DNA of 64,000 nucleotides from Fibrobacterota bacterium (lineage in GTDB: Bacteria > Fibrobacterota > Fibrobacteria > UBA11236). Positions 1-9,200 of this stretch are shown here, piece after piece (the stretch's first letter is position 1; each line of letters starts with the position of its first letter). The notes under the pieces are model-generated. The model had not been told where the DNA came from and did no database searches. It saw only the letters and a program-made list of their open reading frames with translations. The translations under genes were made by a program, and so were the position numbers. Location: positions 36,617-100,616 of the forward strand of contig JAHFCH010000003.1 of NCBI GenBank assembly GCA_023249635.1. The letters are read 5' to 3'.

Positions 1-147
1 CTCCGCCTGTTCCCGCGAAAGCAGGATGCGGTAGCATTGGTTGAGGATGCGGGCGGAATAGGTTTCGTAAATCCAATGCAATCCCTCCAACCGACCCTCG
101 CGGAGCAGTTCCAGGCTTTTACCTTCGCTTCCGATCCAAAGCCTCAT
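1..147 (-). CDS. 5'-partial CDS, N-terminal ~49 aa of a putative ECF-type RNA polymerase sigma factor; the rest lies left of the window
   Basis: Reverse-strand ATG at 145..147 gives MRLWIGSEGKSLELLREGRLEGLHWIYETYSARILNQCYRILLSREQAE. The LL..G...A....Y..Y...I...........AE pattern resembles sigma-70 region 2 of ECF sigmas. Absent from the ORF track because under 60 aa lie in the window. Confidence 0.3.
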   Translation of the reverse strand, partial: MRLWIGSEGKSLELLREGRLEGLHWIYETYSARILNQCYRILLSREQAE

Positions 148-427
148 GGGGCCCCGGGACCGGAAGACGTCGAGTGGGTGTGCAGCGTCAAGTTCCCAAC
201 ATACTTATGCCTATTAGATTGTTCGCCCCGGCACCCGGTTCCACGTCGGGACCCGACCCAGGCCCCGTTATCGGAAAAAAGCATCTTTAGGGTTTTTTCC
301 GGGAGCCGATTTCCCGCACGAGACGGATTTCGATACGCTTCCGCTGGCCAATCCGCGGTTTTGGCCGGGGGCAAGGCGTTATCGACAGAATCAAACCCAT
401 TGCGGAGAGGGGACCGTCCGGTTAGAA

Positions 428-2179
428 TTGGGACTCGGGGAATCTTTCCCGGGTTTGGAGGCTTCCATGGGGGAACGGACCTTAACCGCGGCGCGCAAAT
501 CGGCGCTGGCCGTCTCGGCGACCGCCGCCCTGGCCGGGGATGCGGCTTTTTCCAAATACGCCAATCACGCTTTGCCCAAGCGGGCGGCCGTGGCCGCCGG
601 GCTCGAAGCCTATACGGGAACCTGGGACAAGCGCCACGCCGGCCATCTCCTGCGGCGCGCCCTCTTCGGTTTCACCGCGGCGGATTTGGACAAAGCGGTT
701 TCCCTTTCAGCCGCGGCCTGCGTGGACGCTTTGCTGGACGCGCCCGAAGTGGTCCCGGGCCTTCCATTATCGACGGATGCCAATGATCCGACGCCCATCG
801 GAACGTCGTGGACGGTTTCGGCCTACGATGGCAATTACAACGGCACGCGGCAACGCTCGCTCCAGAATTGGTGGATGGCGCTGCTCTCGGGCCAGGGTTT
901 CTCGGCGCGCGAGAAGATGAACGTCTTTTGGCATAATCATCTGGCCACCGAACTGGACGTGGTGGGGGACGCGCGTTACGCCTGGGTCCATCACCTGCTG
1001 CTTCGCAAAAATGCGCTCGGGAATTTCAAGAGCCTGATCATCGCCATCACCACCGACGCGGCCATGCTCAACTACCTGAACGGCGACAGCAATACCAACA
1101 CCAACCCCAACGAGAATTACGGCCGCGAACTGCAGGAACTGTTCACCATCGGCAAGGGCGTCGAGGTGGCGGCGGGCAATTACACCAACTACACCGAAGA
1201 GGACGTAAAGGCTACGGCCCGCGTGCTCACGGGCTGGCGCGACGTGCGCGAAGGCTCCACCTCGGAGTTCCTGGCCAACAAGCATGACGTCAAGGACAAG
1301 CTCTTTTCGGCGGCCTACGGGAACCAGACGATTACCGGCCGCAGCGGCGCCGATGCGGGAACCCTCGAGCTCAAGGATCTGGTGGACATGATCTTCGCCC
1401 AGGCGGAGACCGCCAAATACCTGTGCCGCAAGCTGTACCGCTTCTTCGTCTACTACGACATCGATGCCAGCGTGGAGGCCAACATCATCGCGCCCCTCGC
1501 GGACCAATTACAGAAGGGCGGTTTCGAGGTCAAGCCTGTGCTGGCCACGCTGTTCAAGAGCGCCCATTTCCAGGACACGCTCAATCAGGGCTGCCATATC
1601 AAGCCGCCCCTGGATCTCGTGATCGGCAGCCTGCGCCAACTAGGCATCGCCTTGCCTGATGGCGCCGATCCCCTGAAGCAGTATTCCCTGATGGCCGCCC
1701 TGGTGGGTGAAGCCGGCCGCATGCAACAGGAGATCGGCAATCCGCCCAACGTAGCGGGTTGGCCCGCGTACTACCAGTTGCCGGTGTTCTACGAAGTCTG
1801 GATCAACTCCGATACCCTGCCGCGCCGCATCCAATTCACCGACAAGCTGGCTTCGGCCAAGGGATACGGGTATTACACCGACAAGTCCTTCCTGGCCGCC
1901 GATGCGTTGGCCTTGGCCAAGGCCACCTCCAAACCCGGCACGGCCGAAACCATCGTGGCGGAATGGAGCGCGCTCCTCTTCCCCATCACCCTGACCGACG
2001 TGCAGTTGAAGTACCTGAAAGACGTACTGCTCAACGGGCTGCCGGATTACGAATGGGGCGTGGAGTGGGACGATTACGTGGCGGCCCCAACCGATGCGAC
2101 CAAGATCAAGCCGGTTGAGACGCGCCTGCGCGCCTTGCTAACAGCCATGCTGCAGTTGGCGGAGTATCAGCTATGCTGA
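428..2179 (+). CDS. DUF1800 family protein
   Basis: 583-aa ORF with FWHNHLAT / LNYLNG-type motifs typical of DUF1800. Its stop overlaps the start of the DUF1501 partner (ATGCTGA). The true start may be the internal Met at ~467 (MGERTLTAARKSALAVSATAALA). Confidence 0.75.
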   Translation: MGLGESFPGLEASMGERTLTAARKSALAVSATAALAGDAAFSKYANHALPKRAAVAAGLEAYTGTWDKRHAGHLLRRALFGFTAADLDKAVSLSAAACVDALLDAPEVVPGLPLSTDANDPTPIGTSWTVSAYDGNYNGTRQRSLQNWWMALLSGQGFSAREKMNVFWHNHLATELDVVGDARYAWVHHLLLRKNALGNFKSLIIAITTDAAMLNYLNGDSNTNTNPNENYGRELQELFTIGKGVEVAAGNYTNYTEEDVKATARVLTGWRDVREGSTSEFLANKHDVKDKLFSAAYGNQTITGRSGADAGTLELKDLVDMIFAQAETAKYLCRKLYRFFVYYDIDASVEANIIAPLADQLQKGGFEVKPVLATLFKSAHFQDTLNQGCHIKPPLDLVIGSLRQLGIALPDGADPLKQYSLMAALVGEAGRMQQEIGNPPNVAGWPAYYQLPVFYEVWINSDTLPRRIQFTDKLASAKGYGYYTDKSFLAADALALAKATSKPGTAETIVAEWSALLFPITLTDVQLKYLKDVLLNGLPDYEWGVEWDDYVAAPTDATKIKPVETRLRALLTAMLQLAEYQLC

Positions 2180-3750
2180 AGGGGAACGGTATGGACAGAC
2201 GCGATTTCCTCAAGCTCACATCGGCCGCGGTCCCATTGGCCGCCGCCGGCCCGGTCGCCCGCGCCTATGCCTCGCCGCTGGCATCGCTCGCCGCCATGGC
2301 GCCGCCTTCGGATCGGGTGCTGGTGGTGATCCGTCTCGATGGCGGCAACGACGGCCTGAACACCGTACTGCCGCTTGATCAGTACGCAAATCTGGCCAAG
2401 GCCCGCGCCAACATCCTCATTCCCGAGGCCAAGGCGGTCAAGCTGAACGCGGCGACGGGCCTGCACCCCTCGCTGGCGGGATTCGGCAAGATGTTCGCCG
2501 ATGGCCGTCTGCGCATCATCCAGGCGGTCGGCTATCCCAACCATAACCAGAGCCACTTCCGCTCCACGGACATCTGGTTCTCGGGCTCGGAATACAATCA
2601 GATCCTTTCCACGGGATGGCTCGGTCGCTACCTGGAGACGGTCTACCCCAATTACCCGGACGGCTATCCCAGCAAGGATTTCCCCGATCCCCCCGCGGTG
2701 CAGGTCGGATCCTCCCTGTATACCTTGCTGCAAGGCGCCGAGGTGCCCATGGGCATGGCCGTGGCCAGCGCCACCTCCATCTATTCCCTGGTGCCCGCCG
2801 GCACCGATATCGCGCCCAAGACCCCCGCGGGCCATGAACTCGAGTTCATCCGCCAGATGGCCACGGAGACCCAGAAATACGGTGAGTCCTTGAAGGCGGC
2901 GGTGGCGGCGGCGACCAATAAATCGACCCTGTATCCGGCCACGGGCAACAAGCTCTCGGATCAGCTCAAGGGCGTGGCCCGGCTGATCGCCGGAGGATTG
3001 CAGACCAAGGTCTACGTGGTTTCGTTGCGCGGCTTCGATACCCACGCCAACCAGGTGCTCGCGGCCGATGTGACCACGGGCGGCCATGCCAACCTGCTGA
3101 CGCAACTGAACGACGCCATCGTGGCCTTCCAGGACGATCTCAAACTGCTGGGCCTGGAGAACCGGGTGTTGGGCATGACCATGTCCGAGTTCGGGCGCCG
3201 CATCCTTTCCAACGCCTCCCTGGGCACCGATCACGGCACCTCGGCGCCGCTGTTCGTATGGGGAGCGGGGGTATCGGGCGGGTTACTGGGGGTCAATCCC
3301 ACCATTCCCGCCGCCGTCACGGTCAAGGACAATATCCCCATGCAGTACGACTACCGTTCCATCTACGCGACGTTGTTGCGGGATTGGCTGGGAGTGGGCG
3401 CGGCGGACCTGGCCAAGGTGATGCTGAAGGATTTCCCTTTCCTGCCCTTGGTGGGCACGCCCATCGTGCCCCGCGGCGAAGCGGCGGCCGGGGAAGGCCT
3501 GGAGCCGAATTTCCCGAATCCGTTCCGGGGCGCCACCACTTTGCGTTACCGCGTGCCGTCGGGAGAGCGGGTGCGCCTGCGCATTTTCGATACGCGCGGC
3601 GGGCTGGTGCGGGTGGTGGTGGACGGGTTCCACGCGCCGGGCAGCTACGCGCGTACGCTCGAGGCGGGGCGCATGGCGCCGGGAACCTATATCTGCCGCT
3701 TGGAAGTCGGGGAGCGTAGCTTCCAGCGACCGTTGGAAGTGATGCGTTGA
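2173..3750 (+). CDS. DUF1501 family (sulfatase-fold) protein with Tat signal and a C-terminal T9SS sorting domain
   Basis: N-terminal MDRRDFLKLTSAAVPLAAAG is a twin-arginine motif. VLVVIRLDGGNDGLNT is the DUF1501 core. The C-terminus EPNFPNPFRGATTLRYRVPSGERVRLRIFDTRGGLVRVV...GTYICRLEVG matches the Por/T9SS type-A CTD (NYPNPF...IYD..G). Confidence 0.8.
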   Translation: MLKGNGMDRRDFLKLTSAAVPLAAAGPVARAYASPLASLAAMAPPSDRVLVVIRLDGGNDGLNTVLPLDQYANLAKARANILIPEAKAVKLNAATGLHPSLAGFGKMFADGRLRIIQAVGYPNHNQSHFRSTDIWFSGSEYNQILSTGWLGRYLETVYPNYPDGYPSKDFPDPPAVQVGSSLYTLLQGAEVPMGMAVASATSIYSLVPAGTDIAPKTPAGHELEFIRQMATETQKYGESLKAAVAAATNKSTLYPATGNKLSDQLKGVARLIAGGLQTKVYVVSLRGFDTHANQVLAADVTTGGHANLLTQLNDAIVAFQDDLKLLGLENRVLGMTMSEFGRRILSNASLGTDHGTSAPLFVWGAGVSGGLLGVNPTIPAAVTVKDNIPMQYDYRSIYATLLRDWLGVGAADLAKVMLKDFPFLPLVGTPIVPRGEAAAGEGLEPNFPNPFRGATTLRYRVPSGERVRLRIFDTRGGLVRVVVDGFHAPGSYARTLEAGRMAPGTYICRLEVGERSFQRPLEVMR

Positions 3751-3763
3751 AGCCGGCCCGGGC

Positions 3764-4465
3764 CTAGCCGGCCGGGGCCGTGGTCTTGCTGACCCCGAGC
3801 CCGCGCGCCGCTGCCGTATGGCGCACGACGCGGTTGATGATGACGGCCGCCACCACGGTTGTGAGAATGGCCGTCGCCAATATCAGCCAGGTCCAAATCG
3901 AGATCTTCGAGGAATCCTCCAAAAAGCCTTTGCTGACATGCCCCACGTACAGGTAGAAGAAGATGTCCGGCGTCATGGCCAGGAAGGAGCTGAGCAGGTA
4001 TTTCCGGAAATCCATCTTGGGGATGGTGAAGAGGTAGTTGAGCAACGAGAACGGGAGTAAGGGGTTAAGGCGGATGAGGAAGACCAGAATGGGTCCGTGT
4101 TTGGAGACGGCTTCCAGGATGGATTCGAAGCGGGGATGCCCCACGCGCAATTCCTCGACCCGCTGGCGCCACAGCTTTTTCCCTACCGCGTAGGTGACCG
4201 CGATGGAAATGAGACCGGAAGCGGCGGCCAAAGCGTACCCCATCCAAAATCCGTATAGGGTACCCGCCATGAGGATGAGGCCGGAAATGGGGATGAAGAA
4301 GACCGCCGCCGCGACGAATACGGCGATGTAAGGAATGATGGCCAGCGGCCCCAGGGAACGGAACCATTCCACGGCGTCCTGGAGATGATCCTTCACGGGG
4401 TAATAGAAATTGAAAGCGATGGCTCCGATGACGAGCAAGGCTATCAGCAGGACTTTCGATTTCAT
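3764..4465 (-). CDS. TVP38/TMEM64 (DedA/SNARE-associated) family membrane protein
   Basis: Multi-TM protein MKSKVLLIALLVIGAIAF... with FIPISGLILMAG..FW and LIRLNPLLPFSLLNY motifs. Start taken at internal Met (MKSKVLL), not the ORF-track start at 4510. Confidence 0.7.
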   Translation of the reverse strand: MKSKVLLIALLVIGAIAFNFYYPVKDHLQDAVEWFRSLGPLAIIPYIAVFVAAAVFFIPISGLILMAGTLYGFWMGYALAAASGLISIAVTYAVGKKLWRQRVEELRVGHPRFESILEAVSKHGPILVFLIRLNPLLPFSLLNYLFTIPKMDFRKYLLSSFLAMTPDIFFYLYVGHVSKGFLEDSSKISIWTWLILATAILTTVVAAVIINRVVRHTAAARGLGVSKTTAPAG

Positions 4466-4630
4466 GATGCCTAAGATTCCGCCCCGCCCCCTGGATGGAT
4501 GTACGTTCATCCCATCCCGGCGGATTCCCCAATCTAATAAAAGCCTGGGAACCGGTTGGATTCGGGAGAGTTACGGGGAGGAAAGCGCCCGAATCCAGGG
4601 CCCTTGGCCCATCTTTGCTAAACTATCCCC

Positions 4631-5434
4631 ATGGACCTCCATCTCGTGCAAATGGCCATCGCCCATGGCAAACCGGAGCTGAACCGCGCCAAGGTTTCCG
4701 CGCTTACCGCGGCCCTCAAGCCCGGTAAACCCGCCCTGCTGGTCCTGCCGGAGCTGTTCAGTACGGGTTACCTGGAGGTTTCCTCCCCTGCGTCCATGCC
4801 GCCCGGCCTGGCCGAGGCCGATCGCCAATTCCTCTCCGGGCTTGCAGAACGCACGGGCGCTTGGGTGGCGGGTTCCACCGTGGAAACCGGCCCTGCCGGA
4901 GCCGACGGCAACTTGGGCTACCGCAATACCAGCCTGCTCTTCGGCCCGGATGGAAGCGAGCAAGCCGCATACCGCAAGGTGCACCCGTTCAGTTACGGGG
5001 GAGAAGATCGCCTGTTCGAACGGGGCCGCGAGATCGTGACCTTCACTATCGAGGGATGGGTGGTACAGCCGTCCATCTGCTACGATCTGCGCTTCCCGGA
5101 ATTGTACCGGGCGGGCAGTTCCCGCGGCGTGCATCTGATCCTGGTGCAGGCCAATTGGCCCGAGGCGCGCCATCTGCATTGGGAAACCCTGTTGCGGGCC
5201 CGCGCCATCGAGAATCAGGCCTACGTCGCCGGCGTCAACTGCGTCGGCACCCAGGGGGAGCTCCGCTTTGCCGGGGGCTCGGTGATCTTTTCGCCTAAAG
5301 GAGAAATCGTAGCCCAGGGGGATGCATCGGAATGCCTCGTGCGCGGCAAGATCGATCTCGAGACCTGTAAGCAATGGCGTAAGCATTTCCCGGCTTTGCG
5401 CGATCGGCTGCCGGGCGAGTTCTACGCTTCGTGA
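4631..5434 (+). CDS. carbon-nitrogen hydrolase family protein (nitrilase/omega-amidase-like)
   Basis: Catalytic triad context present: LLVLPELF (Glu), RKVHPF (Lys), SICYDLRFPE (Cys). 267 aa. Confidence 0.85.
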   Translation: MDLHLVQMAIAHGKPELNRAKVSALTAALKPGKPALLVLPELFSTGYLEVSSPASMPPGLAEADRQFLSGLAERTGAWVAGSTVETGPAGADGNLGYRNTSLLFGPDGSEQAAYRKVHPFSYGGEDRLFERGREIVTFTIEGWVVQPSICYDLRFPELYRAGSSRGVHLILVQANWPEARHLHWETLLRARAIENQAYVAGVNCVGTQGELRFAGGSVIFSPKGEIVAQGDASECLVRGKIDLETCKQWRKHFPALRDRLPGEFYAS

Positions 5435-5490
5435 TCCTTCCTCCGTAAAGTTCCACCCGTGAAACCCGCCACGTAATTACTTACTATTTC

Positions 5491-5955
5491 GTGCGCATGA
5501 AGATCGCCACGGAAGTCGCCCTGCAAGCCTCCCCTGACAAGATCTGGAATACCCTCACCGACTTCGCAGCCTATCCCGAATGGAATCGTTTCCTGAAGGC
5601 CGTGCGCGGCCAGGCCGCCCCGGATGCGGCGTTGGAAATGGACTTGCAATATTACGGCAAGTCGGTGGAGAAAAAGTCCGGCATCGTTACCGGATACATC
5701 CCGCCCAAGTATTTCAGCTGGATCTGGAACCACAAGTTCGGCGCCTGGTTCCTTTCCTGCGAGCACGTTTTCCGCATCAAGCAGCGCGAGGACGGGAAAG
5801 TCCTCTTCTACCAGGAAGTGTATTACACCGGCCTGGGGCTCCGTTTCCGCCGCCGGGACGTGGAGCATATGGTCAAGCTGTCCATCGACAAGCTGAATGA
5901 CGACCTGATACATCGATTATCCGAGGACGGGTCGGGCGTAAAAAAGACAGATTGA
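5491..5955 (+). CDS. SRPBCC (START/Bet v1/polyketide cyclase-like) family protein
   Basis: 154 aa. N-terminal EVALQASPDKIWNTLTDFAAYPEWNRFL is the typical SRPBCC opening helix-strand signature. Confidence 0.6.
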   Translation: MRMKIATEVALQASPDKIWNTLTDFAAYPEWNRFLKAVRGQAAPDAALEMDLQYYGKSVEKKSGIVTGYIPPKYFSWIWNHKFGAWFLSCEHVFRIKQREDGKVLFYQEVYYTGLGLRFRRRDVEHMVKLSIDKLNDDLIHRLSEDGSGVKKTD

Positions 5956-5979
5956 ATGGGATTCTACGTGGGGTGGAAT

Positions 5980-6390
5980 ATGCATGATTCGATCAAGACG
6001 GTATTGGTGGTGGAGGACGAGGACGCGGTGCGCGGCCTGTTGCGGACTTTGCTGCGGCTGGCCGGCTATTCCGTGCTTACCTGCAGCGATGGCGCGGAAG
6101 CCTTGGACTTGATGGCCGCGCGCGGCGGGGTCGTCCATCTGCTCATCACCGATATCAACCTGGGACCGGACATGGACGGCATCGAATTGGCCGAAGCCTT
6201 GCGGGCCGCGCAGACCGGCATGAAGGTGCTCTACATTTCCGGCCACGAGGAGCCGGATCGGCTCGCGCCTTCCCTGGCCTCGGGCTCCGCGCGCTTCCTG
6301 ATGAAGCCTTTCACTCCGGGCGCTTTCAGAGAGAGTACTTCCGCCCTGCTTGCCGAAGAAGCGCTCATTTCCCTGGGCTCGGCTTCTTGA
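5980..6390 (+). CDS. single-domain response regulator (CheY-like receiver)
   Basis: TVLVVEDEDAVRGLLRTLLRLAGY...LLITDINLGPDMDGIELAEALR...KVLYISGH...KPF is a canonical receiver domain. Start taken at internal Met (MHDSIK). Confidence 0.7.
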   Translation: MHDSIKTVLVVEDEDAVRGLLRTLLRLAGYSVLTCSDGAEALDLMAARGGVVHLLITDINLGPDMDGIELAEALRAAQTGMKVLYISGHEEPDRLAPSLASGSARFLMKPFTPGAFRESTSALLAEEALISLGSAS

Positions 6391-7087
6391 TTTTTACGCC
6401 GGCCTTCTTTCCGCCCGCCTGCTTTCCCCCCACTTTGGAAGACGCGGGTTTCTCTTTCATCGCGCCGTATTCCCACAGGTATTCCGGCGCGCCTTCCAGC
6501 TTCGCGGCATAACGCGCCATCACGAAGAAATAATCGCTCAAGCGATTCACGTATTTGATGACGCGGGGATCCACGCTTTCCTCCCGGGCCAAGCGCAGGA
6601 TTTCCCGCTCGGCGCGGCGGCATACCGCGCGGCATTGGTGCAGGGCGGCATTGGCCTCGGTGCCGCCCGGAAGCACGAAAGAATTCAGCGAGGGGAGGGA
6701 GGCTTGCATGGCGTCCATGGCCTTCTCCAGATCGGCGGAATCGGCATCGGAGATTTCCGGCATACCGGGATAGGCTTTTCCCGCCGGCGTCGCCAGGATG
6801 CTACCCGCATCGAAAAGGCGGTTCTGGGCCAGGCGTAGGCCCGCTTCCAGGGCGGCCCAAGCCGGGGCCGGGGCCTGGCCCTTGCGCTTGCCCTTCGCAT
6901 TCGGCTTGGCCTTGCCCGCCTTGGGCGCAATGACCGTGCGGGCCGAGCCCACCAGGCAGATCAGTTCGTCCACGGTACCGTAGCTTTCCAGTTTCCGGCA
7001 ATCCTTGTCCACGCGGGCGCCGCCGACCAAGGAGGTTTTTCCGCCGTCGCCGCCGCGGGTATAGACTCGGGTGATATGGATGGCCAT
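6365..7087 (-). CDS. PduO-type ATP:cob(I)alamin adenosyltransferase with lysine-rich insertion and C-terminal tail
   Basis: MAIHITRVYTRGGDGGKTSL is the PduO/MMAB-type signature, followed by RVIKYVNRLSDYFFVMARY. There is an inserted KAGKAKPNAKGKRKGQAPAPA segment and a C-terminal KVGGKQAGGKKAGVKIKKPSPGK tail. The 3' end overlaps the convergent receiver gene. Confidence 0.75.
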   Translation of the reverse strand: MAIHITRVYTRGGDGGKTSLVGGARVDKDCRKLESYGTVDELICLVGSARTVIAPKAGKAKPNAKGKRKGQAPAPAWAALEAGLRLAQNRLFDAGSILATPAGKAYPGMPEISDADSADLEKAMDAMQASLPSLNSFVLPGGTEANAALHQCRAVCRRAEREILRLAREESVDPRVIKYVNRLSDYFFVMARYAAKLEGAPEYLWEYGAMKEKPASSKVGGKQAGGKKAGVKIKKPSPGK

Positions 7088-7315
7088 GGGAACCTCCGGG
7101 GCGGGCGCCTGCATGGCGCGCGCGCTTTCGGCGGAGAATGTAGTCTATGCGGGCCCGCACGAAAAACCGGTCGGGATGGGACCGGCTGCGCATGATTTGA
7201 CCGCCGGAACTCCGACAGGCCCCTAGCGGAAAGGCCGAACCCGCGCGATTTCGGGCGCGGCGGGCTGGCACGGGGATTGCAATTGTATTGTTCCTCACCC
7301 CAGCGCGGAGATCGC

Positions 7316-8014
7316 ATGTCCTTTTCCCTGAGCCGAACTCCAGCGCTAATCCTGGGCGCTCTGCTTTTCGTATCCGCACTACCCCTGGCGGCCGCACCCG
7401 GTCTGGTCGCGGACAAGGATACGGTCATCGGCATCGAACTCCCGCATTGGGAGGACAAGACCCCCTGGGTGCCGGCCAACTACGTGCGGGTACGCAACGT
7501 TTCCAACCACCCGATCACCTTCGATTCACTGCGGAGCCTTGCCGACACCATTACCTATCGCGGATCGCGAACCGGGACGCCCCTCGATCTGGCTTTCGCG
7601 GTGCGCACCTATGCGGGCGGAATGCAAACGCGGGACTTCGTCCTGCGTTTCCGGCCCCCGATCCTATTCAGCTTGGCTGCGGGCGACTCGGCGGATATCG
7701 GCCTCTTCGAAATCGGCCGCTTCGGATTTCTGGTGAAGACATCGGCCGCGGAACGACGCTACGTTCCCGGAGCCGCCATCGTGCAACCCTTGGTGTTCAA
7801 ATGCGGTTCCGATTCGCTGGTAATTACCCTCAAGGCCACGGTCATGGAGGCATCCTACGGGAGCGGCATCGTGGCGCCGCAGGTCCGCGGAGCCTGGTCT
7901 ACCTCGGGAGTAACGGGATGGCGGGCGGATGGCAGGATGGCGCCGCGAGGGCGCCGCGAAGCCGGGATGGCGATTACGGAGCGGGAACCAGGGTCATTTT
8001 CCCGGAGGCCGTGA
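7316..8014 (+). CDS. hypothetical secreted protein
   Basis: Signal peptide MSFSLSRTPALILGALLFVSALPLAAAPG; no recognisable domain. The C-terminal ~13 codons overlap the convergent gene, so the true stop is uncertain. Confidence 0.4.
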   Translation: MSFSLSRTPALILGALLFVSALPLAAAPGLVADKDTVIGIELPHWEDKTPWVPANYVRVRNVSNHPITFDSLRSLADTITYRGSRTGTPLDLAFAVRTYAGGMQTRDFVLRFRPPILFSLAAGDSADIGLFEIGRFGFLVKTSAAERRYVPGAAIVQPLVFKCGSDSLVITLKATVMEASYGSGIVAPQVRGAWSTSGVTGWRADGRMAPRGRREAGMAITEREPGSFSRRP

Positions 8015-8867
8015 AATAGGCGGCCTCGCTTCCGGGAGGCAGACCTTCGCGGGTGAAGCGGACGCCGGACGCCGCGCCCGGCGACGGCGCCAGGAATAGC
8101 CCTGCACGCGGTTGCGCTGCCGATGCCTTCCCGCGGGCGGCGGGATGGATAACCGGCGTGACCGTCAAATCCATCACCTGCCAATTGCGCCATTGTACGT
8201 GGGCGCCTTCGATCTGCAGGCCCATGCGGCCTTTGATCATGGCTAGGTCGCCGCCCGACTTGAGCTTGGAAATGCGTAGCACCACCTTGCCGTTCACCTT
8301 CGCTTCCAGGCTGTCGCCGTTCACGTAAATCTCCCAGGCGTTCCATTCGCCCACTTTCTCCTGGGTCTCCTTGGTCACGAAATGGGTGCGGCCGCATCCG
8401 TATTGGCCCACCCCCGCGAGCGCCCCGCCGGTGGGGGAATAATTGAGTCCGCTGCCGGTGGTGTTGAACTTGCAATCCGTGGTCCAGATGCTGCCCACGT
8501 CCCCTTCCAGCATTTGCAGCTCGGGGCCCGAGGGCCAGTCGCCGCAGCTATGCTTGGTCAGATCGATGTTGTGGAGATAACCGCAATTGCCATGGCCGAT
8601 ATTCTTCCATTCCACGCGGGCGCGGTAATGCGTGTAGTCCTTGTCGGTGTACAGGTAGCCGCTGCCGCCCGTAACATCGATGACCTTGTCGGCGGCGACT
8701 ACCGTAACCGTGCCGTTACCGTGCTTCTTGAGGCCGGTTAGGTCGGTACCGTTGAAAACATCGGTCCAGGCGCCTTCCTGGGCCGTGGCCGGTAATGCGA
8801 ATGCGGAAACGAGCGCGGAAACCAGTGCGTAACGGAGAAAACCTTTTGGAACAGGACGGGAACGCAT
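7974..8867 (-). CDS. DUF1080 (3-keto-disaccharide hydrolase / LamG-like jelly-roll) family secreted protein
   Basis: Signal peptide MRSRPVPKGFLRYALVSALVSAFALPATAQ. GLQIEGAHVQWRNWQV is the DUF1080 C-terminal signature. Confidence 0.7.
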   Translation of the reverse strand: MRSRPVPKGFLRYALVSALVSAFALPATAQEGAWTDVFNGTDLTGLKKHGNGTVTVVAADKVIDVTGGSGYLYTDKDYTHYRARVEWKNIGHGNCGYLHNIDLTKHSCGDWPSGPELQMLEGDVGSIWTTDCKFNTTGSGLNYSPTGGALAGVGQYGCGRTHFVTKETQEKVGEWNAWEIYVNGDSLEAKVNGKVVLRISKLKSGGDLAMIKGRMGLQIEGAHVQWRNWQVMDLTVTPVIHPAARGKASAAQPRAGLFLAPSPGAASGVRFTREGLPPGSEAAYFTASGKMTLVPAP

Positions 8868-9200
8868 GCGGATACTCCTTTATCCCCCTTATGCATGGAA
8901 CGCCTAGATAATAACCGCCGTGGCCGTTTCTGCAAACCGGTTTTTCGGGGCCCGCAGGTCCGGCCGGACCCCGCACGCCGCCCGGGCCGTTTCCAGATTC
9001 CGTTCTCACCCTGAAAACCCGGGTGGCGAAATTCGCGCGTAGGGACGGTGTTTTGCGAAGCTTGGAACCGCGTTTTCTGGAAACGGCGGGCGCCGGCCCG
9101 GGACGCGGCATTAGGTTACCCCAGCGATTCCCGCCGCCAGGTGCATCGCATACGGCGGGATGCGGGCGGACCGAACGGACAAGAAGCCACCGAAGGAACC

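Noticed and set aside
37-1507. Track ORFs 37..786 (+), 540..920 (+) and 767..1507 (-) overlapping the DUF1800 gene and the upstream region
   Set aside because: Arg/Gly/Pro-rich low-complexity translations typical of out-of-frame or antisense shadow ORFs in high-GC DNA. No domain signatures. The DUF1800 frame and the short reverse-strand sigma-factor-like start explain the region.
2167-3234. 355-aa antisense ORF opposite the DUF1501 gene
   Set aside because: Low-complexity HG-rich translation lying entirely inside a well-supported gene on the other strand.
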